The position numbers were made by a program, and so were the translations under genes. A DNA stretch of 64,000 nucleotides from an uncultured Acidimicrobiaceae bacterium (GTDB lineage: Bacteria > Actinomycetota > Acidimicrobiia > Acidimicrobiales > RAAP-2), in contig OY969923.1 of the NCBI GenBank assembly GCA_963704615.1, positions 2,572,068-2,636,067 on the forward strand. The letters run 5' to 3'. The notes below the pieces were generated by a model. The model worked only from the letters and a program-made list of their open reading frames with translations. It was not told the origin of the DNA and did not search any database. Positions 18,211 through 26,376 of the stretch are shown here, in pieces. How positions within the stretch are numbered: the stretch's first letter is position 1; each line of letters opens with the position of its first letter.

Positions 18211-18551
18211 ATAAAGTCGAGGCGGTCGAACGACAGAGGTCGAACTCCCACCTTCGGGAACTGATCCGACGAGCCCGGCCCTACAACCACCAGTCGATTT
18301 ATGGTCGTCGATCTGGCTTCGCTTGGCCCCATCGGGGGTTCGGCTCAATCGGTGTTCGGCCAATGAACGCCTGGCGTGGATGTCCGACCGCCGACTCCAC
18401 TGCCGTGGTGTGCATGATTCTTTCTCGGCGCAGTTTGGCGACCGTTCGGCAGAACAACGTGGCGGTTGGTGCTTCCCCGCGGCCAATTACAACGGGGCCA
18501 TCTACTTCTTCGACGACTGATCCTACGGACAGCCTCAACCAGCGACTCTTA

Positions 18552-19028
18552 TTACTCCTGAACGAGGGTGTCTGTCAACGGGTCGACGCCGGCGAGGTTT
18601 CCGGCAATCGCCGGGTCGAGGTGATAGCGATGGGCGAGTGCACTGGGTGAGTAGTACGTCACCCTTGTTTGCCCGCTGTCATCCCACACCAACACCTTGA
18701 GTGGAAGGTCGAGTGCCGCCAGCGGCTCAGCAGCCATCACCGGAGTTCCCTGGAGCGGATTGCCGAAAATCACCAATGTGGTGTCTCGCAGATCAAGTCC
18801 GACTTTGCGAGCCTCATCCCTTTGGTCGATGACAGAGAAGACATTGATTCCCTTGGCCACGAGCAGCTCGGTGAGGCGTGAGACGGTGTCGGCAACCGAG
18901 CGAGGGCTGACTTTGGACACAACACCCCACTCGTTGTCGGCTTGCTCCGGTGCGGACACGGCGCCCTCTCTTCCACCTAGGGGGCTGGACTTCAAACGGC
19001 TCGTCTTTCGACTGCGAGCAACTTTCAT
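18552..19028 (-). CDS. DUF302 domain protein
   Basis: VADTVSRLTELLVAKGINVFSVIDQRDEARKVGLDLRDTTLVIFGNPLQGTPVMAAEPLAALDLPLKVLVWDD matches the remembered DUF302 pattern. The start is placed at the internal ATG (MKVARSRK). The ORF is open to 19187. Confidence 0.75.
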   Translation of the reverse strand: MKVARSRKTSRLKSSPLGGREGAVSAPEQADNEWGVVSKVSPRSVADTVSRLTELLVAKGINVFSVIDQRDEARKVGLDLRDTTLVIFGNPLQGTPVMAAEPLAALDLPLKVLVWDDSGQTRVTYYSPSALAHRYHLDPAIAGNLAGVDPLTDTLVQE

Positions 19029-19263
19029 GATGCCAGCTCGAGGCGTGAACCCGAAGGCGTTCTCGACCGGGCCCCCTTGACCTGACCCTCGGGTCCGGTG
19101 TCCTCCGGCCGGTCCCGTCCCGGTCGACGACCCGGTATCGGGGAAGCCCGAGACGGGCACGCCCTCTTCGGCCCACCGGACGAACACCGGGAGCGGGGGT
19201 CAGCGGCATCGGACGAACGTATATTCGGTTGCAGGTATATGCCAGTTAGGGTATGTTCGTGCC

Positions 19264-19581
19264 GTGACCATGACCGTCTGGCCGGCGCTGACCGAGCCCA
19301 AACGGCGAGCCCTGCTCGACCTGCTGCGCGAAAAGCCCCGCGATGTCGGCGAACTCGTGGAGGCCCTCGGGGTCAGCCAACCCACAGCTTCGAAGCACCT
19401 TCGGGTCCTGCGCGACGCCGGGCTGGTGCGGGTCACCGGTGTCGCCCAGCGACGCGTCTACGCGATCGAGCCAGGGCCCTTCGTGACGCTGGACCAGTGG
19501 CTGGCTCCGTACCGGGTGCTGTGGAACGACAGGCTGGACGCCCTCGGGGAGTACCTCGACGACGAGAAGGAGAACCCATGA
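19264..19581 (+). CDS. ArsR/SmtB-family transcriptional regulator
   Basis: LTEPKRRALLDLLREKPRDVGELVEALGVSQPTASKHLRVLRDAGLV is a winged-HTH signature. Confidence 0.9.
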   Translation: MTMTVWPALTEPKRRALLDLLREKPRDVGELVEALGVSQPTASKHLRVLRDAGLVRVTGVAQRRVYAIEPGPFVTLDQWLAPYRVLWNDRLDALGEYLDDEKENP

Positions 19582-20120
19582 CCGATCCGGGTACCTACGT
19601 CGAACTCGACGGCCGACCGGCGGTGCGTTTTGTTCGCACCTATCCCCATCCGATCGGGCGGGTCTGGACCGCGGTCACGACCCCCGAAGGACTCGCCCGA
19701 TGGTTTCCGGCCCAGGTCGAGGTCGACTTGCGACCCGGCGGTATCGTCACCTATCGCGGGGACCCCTACACCGAGCACAGACCAGGTCGAGTCCTGGTCT
19801 GCGACCCACCGATGCATCTGGCCTTCACCTGGGGGGACGACGAACTGACCTTCCAGCTCGAATCGACCGAGGGTGGGGGGTGCCGGTTCACGCTGTTCGA
19901 CCTCCTCGATGGGCGCGACTCGGCGGCTCGCAACGCCGCCGGGTGGGATGTGTGCCTCGACGCGCTCGACAGGTATCTTGCCGGCAAACCCAGTGACGGT
20001 CCCCGTAGCCCGGCGGCCATGCCCTGGAGGCCCCGCTACGACGCCTACGTCGCCGCCGGTCTCCCCTCGGGCGCCCACATCCCGAACGGTCCTGTCACCT
20101 CCACGGAACCCGCCTCCTGA
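19578..20120 (+). CDS. SRPBCC / AHSA1-like domain protein
   Basis: The ATG overlaps the arsR stop (ATGA). VRFVRTYPHPIGRVWTAVTTPEGLARWFPA...GGIVTY...LAFTWGDDELTFQLE is typical of Aha1-like SRPBCC proteins, which are commonly paired with ArsR regulators. Confidence 0.85.
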   Translation: MTDPGTYVELDGRPAVRFVRTYPHPIGRVWTAVTTPEGLARWFPAQVEVDLRPGGIVTYRGDPYTEHRPGRVLVCDPPMHLAFTWGDDELTFQLESTEGGGCRFTLFDLLDGRDSAARNAAGWDVCLDALDRYLAGKPSDGPRSPAAMPWRPRYDAYVAAGLPSGAHIPNGPVTSTEPAS

Positions 20121-21048
20121 GATTCGGTGATTGATGACGCCGACCTGCGGTGAAAGTCGGAGAGACAACCTTTCGGCCACTACGAGGCAGCTCGTCCAAC
20201 AGATAGCTCGAGGAATCGACCTCTCACAATTATGGTCGCCACCAAATGTCTTGCCATTTATGTAACGAATCCGTTGTTGACATATCGCACTATTGGGAGC
20301 ACACTCACAGTCCATTTATTGACAGAAAATGACCCCTGGGAACCGCCATGTGGGGTGACGAGAACCCAAACCGTGAGTTGCTGGGCCGTGCCCGGGCTGC
20401 GGCGCGGTTACCAGCGGAACAGAGCCGGATCGAGGCCGCTCGCCTTCGTCACCACTGCGTGCGCTCCGATACTGAGGATGTGTCCGGGCCGGCGACTCCG
20501 GGGACTGGCGGGATTTCCACCCAAGAAGACCTGGGCTCGGAGCCATCGCACCCCTGATCCACCGACTGACACGTCACTGAGCGGTGCGGACGTTCAGCCT
20601 GGTCCTGACCGCTTGACCCTGCCACTGCCGGCCCCCGAGAGGCTCCAGGGCCGACACTGACAGGGCACCTCATTATGCGGACGGTGGCCGCGTCGATACA
20701 TCACCAAAATTGGCAATCCGCGGCGAGCCCTGAATGGAAGAAGGCAACTCGCGATTGCTATGACGTTCACGACAACTGACGACGCCTCCATCACCAGAAC
20801 ATCTGCTTTACCCAGCCAGCACTGTCTGGGGATCCCGCCAACAGCCGCCGCTGATTTGAAAAGAGGAAGCTAGGTCGGTATCGACGGATGGTGGCACACG
20901 TAACGGCGGCTCGTCGCCGTTGACGGCCGTTAGCCTCGCACCAGCCGGGAGCGAGGTGGCGGAGTCCCGCTCACAGTCGATGCCCCACCCACTGTCGGTC
21001 AACGTGACACATTCGACGTCACAACCGACACCCCTGGTGTCAGCCATA

Positions 21049-21816
21049 ATGACCAAGGATTCCGATGCCCGCTCAATCTCGCCGATGACGTCCGACAATC
21101 GGGCCGCGCCCGCAGAAGGGACGGAAGCCCGTCATCTGGAGCTCCGCACTCTGGGCGATGAGATCGTCGGATGTCGGCGTTGCCCGCGCCTGGTCGCATG
21201 GCGGGAGCAGGTGGCAGTTCAGAAACGGGCGGCCTTCACCCAGGACACCTATTGGGGCCGGCCGGTTCCCGGATTCGGCGATCCGGAAGCCCGGGTGCTG
21301 TTCGTGGGGTTGGCGCCTGCAGCCCACGGTGCCAATCGCACCGGCAGGGTTTTCACCGGTGACCGGTCAGGCGATTGGCTCTTCGCCGCCCTTTGGCGAT
21401 GTGGTTTCGCCAACCAGCCCCACAGCGTGGCTGTCGACGATGGCCTCACCTTGTCTGATGCCTATGTCAGTGCCGCCGTCCGCTGTGCTCCACCAGCCAA
21501 CAAACCCACCCCAACAGAACGCGACGCCTGCATCCCCTTCTTCCGCCGTGAGCTGACGCTGCTCACGAATGTGCGGGTCATCGTCGCGCTCGGACAGTTC
21601 GCCCATCAGATCGTGGCAAGTCAATTGGATCTCAGACCACGTCCTCGATTCGGCCACGGCGCAGAGGCGAAGGCACACCAAGGCATCGTTCTGCTCAGCT
21701 CCTATCACCCCAGTCAACAGAACACCTTCACCGGCACGCTCACCGAACCGATGTTCGACGGTGTTCTCCTCCGGGCGCGCCGTCTGGCTGAGGGAGCTGA
21801 TCCCGCGTCCTCCTGA
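21049..21816 (+). CDS. Uracil-DNA glycosylase, family 5 (UdgB-like)
   Basis: CRRCPRLVAWRE, GFGDPEARVLFVGLAPAAHGANRTGRVFTGDRSG (a GLAPA-type motif A rather than the family-4 GEAPG) and LLSSYHPSQQNT (motif B). The start is uncertain among 20920, 21049 and 21085. Confidence 0.8.
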   Translation: MTKDSDARSISPMTSDNRAAPAEGTEARHLELRTLGDEIVGCRRCPRLVAWREQVAVQKRAAFTQDTYWGRPVPGFGDPEARVLFVGLAPAAHGANRTGRVFTGDRSGDWLFAALWRCGFANQPHSVAVDDGLTLSDAYVSAAVRCAPPANKPTPTERDACIPFFRRELTLLTNVRVIVALGQFAHQIVASQLDLRPRPRFGHGAEAKAHQGIVLLSSYHPSQQNTFTGTLTEPMFDGVLLRARRLAEGADPASS

Positions 21817-21855
21817 ACTCAACGGTCGGGGGGCCGGCTCAGCCGGCCTCGCGGA

Positions 21856-22431
21856 TCACCAAGGTCTACGCTGGGGCCGTTGGTGGGAACCCGCCTCGAT
21901 GCCGGCCCTCGGAAATGGGGACGGGCTTAGTGCCCAGGGCCGGACATCGGTGGCAGGCACCATTTGTTCGGAGTCGTTGCTGATCTGGATGAATTCGGAG
22001 GGTCCGGATCCCCAATCCCGACCCCTGGTCCAGGCGGCCCCGAACCCCTCAGAGACCCGCGAAACCGTCGCCCGTGTGGACCAGCGAGAATGTGGGAATA
22101 ATGGGGGCCGATGCCTGGCCTCCGGAGCGCGATTTCCAACCTCACAAATTTCCGGCTGGCGAGGGTCGCCCCTGTCCAGCCCGAACCAGGCACAATCCGG
22201 ATCCACGAAGCTGATCGGCGAGGCAATGCCCGGTGTCGGCGGTGCTTCCAACCCATCGCCATCCGGGGTGACGCGCACAACGTCCGCCGGTGGCATCATG
22301 TCGAGCCGCCCACACATCGGCTGTGCATCGATGCCGAGGCCGAGCAGGCCGGCAAGCCGTGCCTGCGGGTGGTTGTGAACTGAATCCGGCCGATGTCGGT
22401 CGCGCCACCATCCGGTCGTCGGCATCAACAC
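21856..22431 (-). CDS. Hypothetical protein (no family recognised; may be the remnant of a longer gene)
   Basis: 191-aa ORF with high GC3 through its middle part. Upstream (22432-22610), a second minus-strand frame also looks coding but has no start codon. Confidence 0.35.
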   Translation of the reverse strand: MLMPTTGWWRDRHRPDSVHNHPQARLAGLLGLGIDAQPMCGRLDMMPPADVVRVTPDGDGLEAPPTPGIASPISFVDPDCAWFGLDRGDPRQPEICEVGNRAPEARHRPPLFPHSRWSTRATVSRVSEGFGAAWTRGRDWGSGPSEFIQISNDSEQMVPATDVRPWALSPSPFPRAGIEAGSHQRPQRRPW

Positions 22432-22626
22432 GCTTGGGGGTTGGCCTGAGTCCGATTGTGTGACCTCGGAGCATGACAGGGCCTCCGTCTTCGAACCGAT
22501 CCCCGCCGTATCTCAATTCTGACATCGGCCCCGAATCCGGCTGGTCAGGGTCATCGATGCCACAATCGTCGCCCGTTCTGACCTCAGAGATGGCCCGTTC
22601 GATCTCCTGAGTTCAAGGGGGCCTGT

Positions 22627-23058
22627 TCACAACTCGAGGAGCCGGAGGGTCGCGGGGTCCGAAAGACCGTCGAAATGCCCTTCGAGGACCTCTTCGAACA
22701 CCGAGGTTCCTGGGGCGGCTCGCATGAACAACGTCATCGACGACTGCAGCTTCTGAGCATCGATCTTCCCGAAGATCTGTACCGCGGTCCGGTTCCGCGT
22801 CGTGAGGACGGCGCCGGCGACCTCAAAGAGTCGGGCACCGAGAATGGGGTGGTGAAGGTAAGCCTGCGCCTCGGCCAGTGAGGCGATGGCGAACTTCCTC
22901 GACTGGGCGCTCTGGCCCAGGCCGGAGATCTGGGGGAAGACGAACCACATCCAGTGACTGCTCTTGGCCCCTCGGCTCACCTCGGCGACAGCACGGTCGA
23001 AGGCACCGTCGGCGTTTTGAGCCGTGACGAATCGTTCCAAATCGTAGGGATCGTCCAT
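22627..23058 (-). CDS. DUF1810 family protein
   Basis: DPYDLERFVTAQ....AVAEVSRGAKSSHWMWFVFPQISGLGQSAQSRKFAIASLAEAQAYLHHPILGARL matches the remembered DUF1810 signature. The ORF is open to 23193. Confidence 0.8.
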   Translation of the reverse strand: MDDPYDLERFVTAQNADGAFDRAVAEVSRGAKSSHWMWFVFPQISGLGQSAQSRKFAIASLAEAQAYLHHPILGARLFEVAGAVLTTRNRTAVQIFGKIDAQKLQSSMTLFMRAAPGTSVFEEVLEGHFDGLSDPATLRLLEL

Positions 23059-23310
23059 CGCTGTTCGCCTGGAGCCCTTTCCCTCCATCAGACACGGGGG
23101 CGGCAGATCAGGCCCGAGGTGAGAGTAGCGGCCGCACCGCTCGTGAACATGCCCCACAACGGAGGATGGAGCACGGGGCGGCCTCACCGCCAACCCTCAG
23201 ACCTGGCAATTTGGCAGTAATACTGCCAGCACTGGAGGCCCACGGGGTGACAGTGGGCTGATGCTGGTGAAAAATGAGTGCCTGACAGCGCGGGGATAGG
23301 AGATGCCACC

Positions 23311-25518
23311 GTGGGAGATCCACAGACGAGCGGATCGTTCTCACCTCGAATGGTGGACAGTCTGGTCGACGCCGTTGTGTTGGTTGACGACCAGGCCCGG
23401 ATCCTCTATGCCAATCCGGCTGTCCAGCGGATGTTGGGGTGGGAGGTCACGTCTCTGTTCGGAGTGCCGTTCACCACGCTTCTGCCCGAGCGGACGCGGG
23501 GCGCCTCGGAAGCATTGTTCCACTCCTTGATGGACCCCGATACACGACCCATCAGCCGAGCCCCGATGCGGACCACGGTGCTGGCTGCTGACGGCTCCGA
23601 GGTCCCCGTAGACATCGCCACTTCCCTGGTCGACCCAGGCCAAGGCCTGCGGCTGCTCATCGCCGTCCTCTGGGATGTGAGCGACAGGATCGACATCCAA
23701 CGCTACCAGCGGGTGTCCGAGGAACTCCTTGCGTTCCTTGCCGGGGCATCCGGCTCGCAGGATGAGATCATTCCCCAGCTGCTCGGTGTCCTCTGCTCAA
23801 GTCTGGATTTCGAATTCGCGACGGCCTGGGAGTGGGACGCCGAAACGGAGCTGCTCCATTGTGGGCATGCGTGGCGCAACAATCCGTCCGACTTCGAATC
23901 GCTGTTCAACTCTTCGATCGGGATGAACATCAAACCGGGGGAAGGGCTACCAGGCCTGATCGTACGATCGAACGAGCCGCTGTGGTACTCCAAAGTCAGC
24001 GAGATTCCCACCCTCAAGCGCCACCGAGCCTTCGTAGCCGACGGCGTGCAGGCGGCTTTCATCTTTCCGATCAGGACCCGAGAACGACTTGCCGGCGTCA
24101 TTGAGCTTCTCACCCGGAGACCCCAGAGGCCGGATCAACCGCTGTTCGAGGCCATTGCCGACGTCGGCGCCACATTGGGAGACTTCATCGAGCGGCTCGA
24201 GCTCGATTTTGAGCGCCGACAACTGCTGGTCCAACTCGAGCGATCCCATCGGCGCCAGAACTTCCTGCTCAGTGCCAATCGGGCCCTGGCCGGTGCCCAT
24301 GGATTCCATGATGCCGTACGCAAGCTGGCCGAGGTGGCCGTGCCCACCCTGGGCGATATCTGTTTGATCGACGTCCTGGATTCGGATGGCGTTCTGAAGC
24401 GCATGGCAGCGCGGCACGCCGACCCGTCGTTCCAAGCGCTCACCGATGAGCTCGGAAGCCATGCTCCCGACCTCGAGGGATCGCATCCGGCCGCACTGGC
24501 CGTTCGCAAGGGCGAGTCGCAATGGTCCAGCGACATGGGCGAGCAATTCATGAGGAGCACCACGCAGAACGAAGACCATTATCAGCTCACTCGTTCCCTC
24601 GGATTTCAGTCCTTTGTCTCCGTACCTCTTTTGACTGACGACGAGGCGATCGGGGCCCTGACTCTGGTCACCGCCGGTTCGGGGCGGCCGATTGGGAGGG
24701 AGGAACTCCTCCTGGCCGAAGAGCTGGCGTCGCAGGTTGCCGCGGTCATCAAGCGTGCTCAGGCTTTCGACGAGCAGTCCACCATTGCCCGACACCTGCA
24801 GAGCAGCCTCCTCCCGCAGCGCCTCGATCGGATTCCGGGCATCAACGTGGCTGTCCGCTATGTGACGGGTGACCGCGGCGCCGAGGTCGGGGGGGACTTT
24901 TACGACGTGATCCCCCTCCCCAAGAGCCATGTGGCGTTTGTCATCGGGGACGTTGAGGGACACGACATGACAGCTGCAACCGTCATGGGACAGCTTCGCA
25001 GTGCGTTCCGCGCCTACCTCATGCTCACCCGCGATCCGGGCACCGTCCTCTCACTCCTCGCCGAGTTCGCTCTCCGGTCGGAATCGCCACGATTGGCGAC
25101 AGCAACGCTCGCTGTACTGGATCCGACCCGAGGGGAGCTCCAGGTTGCATCAGCGGGCCACCCGGCACCGTTTGTCGCCGACGACCAGACGGAAGCGACT
25201 CCCATCCGGCTCCGCTCGGGTCCACCGCTCGGCGTGAAGAGGCACAAATACACCGTCGAACAGATCACACTCCGGCCGGGAGCACGAATCGTGCTCTACA
25301 CCGACGGACTGATCGATGTGGGCCGTCCCGAAGCGGAACAGCAATTTTCCTATCTGATCCACACGATGGGCAACTCCGTGGCGGGCCGCTGTGACGAGCT
25401 GGCCGACGCCATTCTGGCCGGACAGTTCGGCCCCGAGGGCAACCCTGACGACATCGCTCTTCTGGTCGTCGAGTGGCTGGGAGCGCCGACCGTTTCGTCA
25501 GAGACGGCTGGCACTTAG
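23311..25518 (+). CDS. PAS - GAF - GAF - PP2C (SpoIIE/RsbU-type) serine phosphatase
   Basis: PAS-like VVLVDDQARILYANPAVQRMLGW, followed by two GAF-like regions. C-terminal PPM block VRYVTGDRGAEVGGDFYDVIPLPKSHVAFVIGDVEGHDMTAATVMGQL...YTDGLID. The start is placed at a GTG 8 nt after an AGGAG. The ORF is open from 23278. Confidence 0.85.
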   Translation: MGDPQTSGSFSPRMVDSLVDAVVLVDDQARILYANPAVQRMLGWEVTSLFGVPFTTLLPERTRGASEALFHSLMDPDTRPISRAPMRTTVLAADGSEVPVDIATSLVDPGQGLRLLIAVLWDVSDRIDIQRYQRVSEELLAFLAGASGSQDEIIPQLLGVLCSSLDFEFATAWEWDAETELLHCGHAWRNNPSDFESLFNSSIGMNIKPGEGLPGLIVRSNEPLWYSKVSEIPTLKRHRAFVADGVQAAFIFPIRTRERLAGVIELLTRRPQRPDQPLFEAIADVGATLGDFIERLELDFERRQLLVQLERSHRRQNFLLSANRALAGAHGFHDAVRKLAEVAVPTLGDICLIDVLDSDGVLKRMAARHADPSFQALTDELGSHAPDLEGSHPAALAVRKGESQWSSDMGEQFMRSTTQNEDHYQLTRSLGFQSFVSVPLLTDDEAIGALTLVTAGSGRPIGREELLLAEELASQVAAVIKRAQAFDEQSTIARHLQSSLLPQRLDRIPGINVAVRYVTGDRGAEVGGDFYDVIPLPKSHVAFVIGDVEGHDMTAATVMGQLRSAFRAYLMLTRDPGTVLSLLAEFALRSESPRLATATLAVLDPTRGELQVASAGHPAPFVADDQTEATPIRLRSGPPLGVKRHKYTVEQITLRPGARIVLYTDGLIDVGRPEAEQQFSYLIHTMGNSVAGRCDELADAILAGQFGPEGNPDDIALLVVEWLGAPTVSSETAGT

Positions 25519-25771
25519 TTCGGTCCGAACCGGCCGGCGGTCGGCGCGGCCCCTGCACTCGATCTGTCCTCTCACGGTGCTCCTCGGGGGCTCGGGGGCG
25601 AGACGAAGTGGAGCGACACCAACCCCCGACCTCCTTGCCGCGGGCCGTCGCCTCAGCGATGATGGGGCGGCTCGACTGACCGGAATCGACCCGCTCACCG
25701 ATGCCGTGGCCGGCTGAGCACTGACGGGTGACCATTGCTTGGCCACCGCGCTGCTGACAAATGGAGATGAC

Positions 25772-26290
25772 ATGGCCACGATCGATGAGCTGGCAGAGGA
25801 GGTTGGCGCGCTGCGTCAACGGGTCAGGGTCACTGAGGACATCCTCGAGTTGCAGGACCTCAAGGCTCGTTATGGCGAGCTGGTCGATGGGCGCTATACG
25901 GCCGGAGGGGTCGTCGATACCGCCACGTTGGAGCGCATCGCCGACGAGGCGGCCGCCCTGTTCACCGTCGACGGGATCTGGGACGGTGGCCCGGGACTCG
26001 GCATCGCCACCGGCCGGTCCGCCATCGCCGCCCGTCTCCGCACCCCCACTCTCTCGTTCTCTCGGCACCTGTTCGTCAAGCCCCGCCTCCAGGTGGAGGG
26101 GGACCGCGCCTCGGGCCGCTGGGATCTCCTCTGTCCATGCCGACTCAAGGACGGTTCGTCGTACTGGATGTGCGGATTCGAAGACGACTCCTACACCCGA
26201 ACGGACGGGACCTGGCTCCACAGTTCGATGAAGCTCACGACGCTGTTCATGTCACCCGTGGACCAAGGCTGGACGAAGATTCTGGCCTAG
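25772..26290 (+). CDS. NTF2-like / SnoaL_4-type protein
   Basis: 172 aa. ILELQDLKARYGELVD.., FTVDGIWDGG and GRWDLLCPC..DGSSYWMCGFEDDSYTRTDGTWL resemble SnoaL-like polyketide-cyclase-fold proteins. Assigned from memory only. Confidence 0.6.
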   Translation: MATIDELAEEVGALRQRVRVTEDILELQDLKARYGELVDGRYTAGGVVDTATLERIADEAAALFTVDGIWDGGPGLGIATGRSAIAARLRTPTLSFSRHLFVKPRLQVEGDRASGRWDLLCPCRLKDGSSYWMCGFEDDSYTRTDGTWLHSSMKLTTLFMSPVDQGWTKILA

Positions 26291-26376
26291 GTGTTCTGCC
26301 CAGCCGCAGTCGGATGCGAATGGGGCCCGAACCGGGCCCCTGGCCGTCCGACCGGTGATCGTTATACTCGGTCGGC

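Noticed and set aside
19098-19577. N-terminal 160 codons of the 340-aa ORF 19098-20120.
   Set aside because: This part overlaps the arsR gene in another frame and is Arg/Pro-rich. The SRPBCC domain starts at the ATG at 19578, which overlaps the arsR stop.
16487-20800. Genomic island integrated at ssrA.
   Set aside because: I found no integrase or recombinase, no direct repeat of the tmRNA 3' end (the ttcgattccc string recurs only in tRNA-Gly), and no phage or plasmid genes. The accessory flavour alone is insufficient.
20808-21098. 96-aa minus-strand ORF (MSDVIGEIERASESLVIMADTRG...) overlapping the 5' end of the UDG gene.
   Set aside because: No family was recognised, and it overlaps the likely UDG start region. 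Its coding statistics are only middling. It is left unannotated but not excluded.
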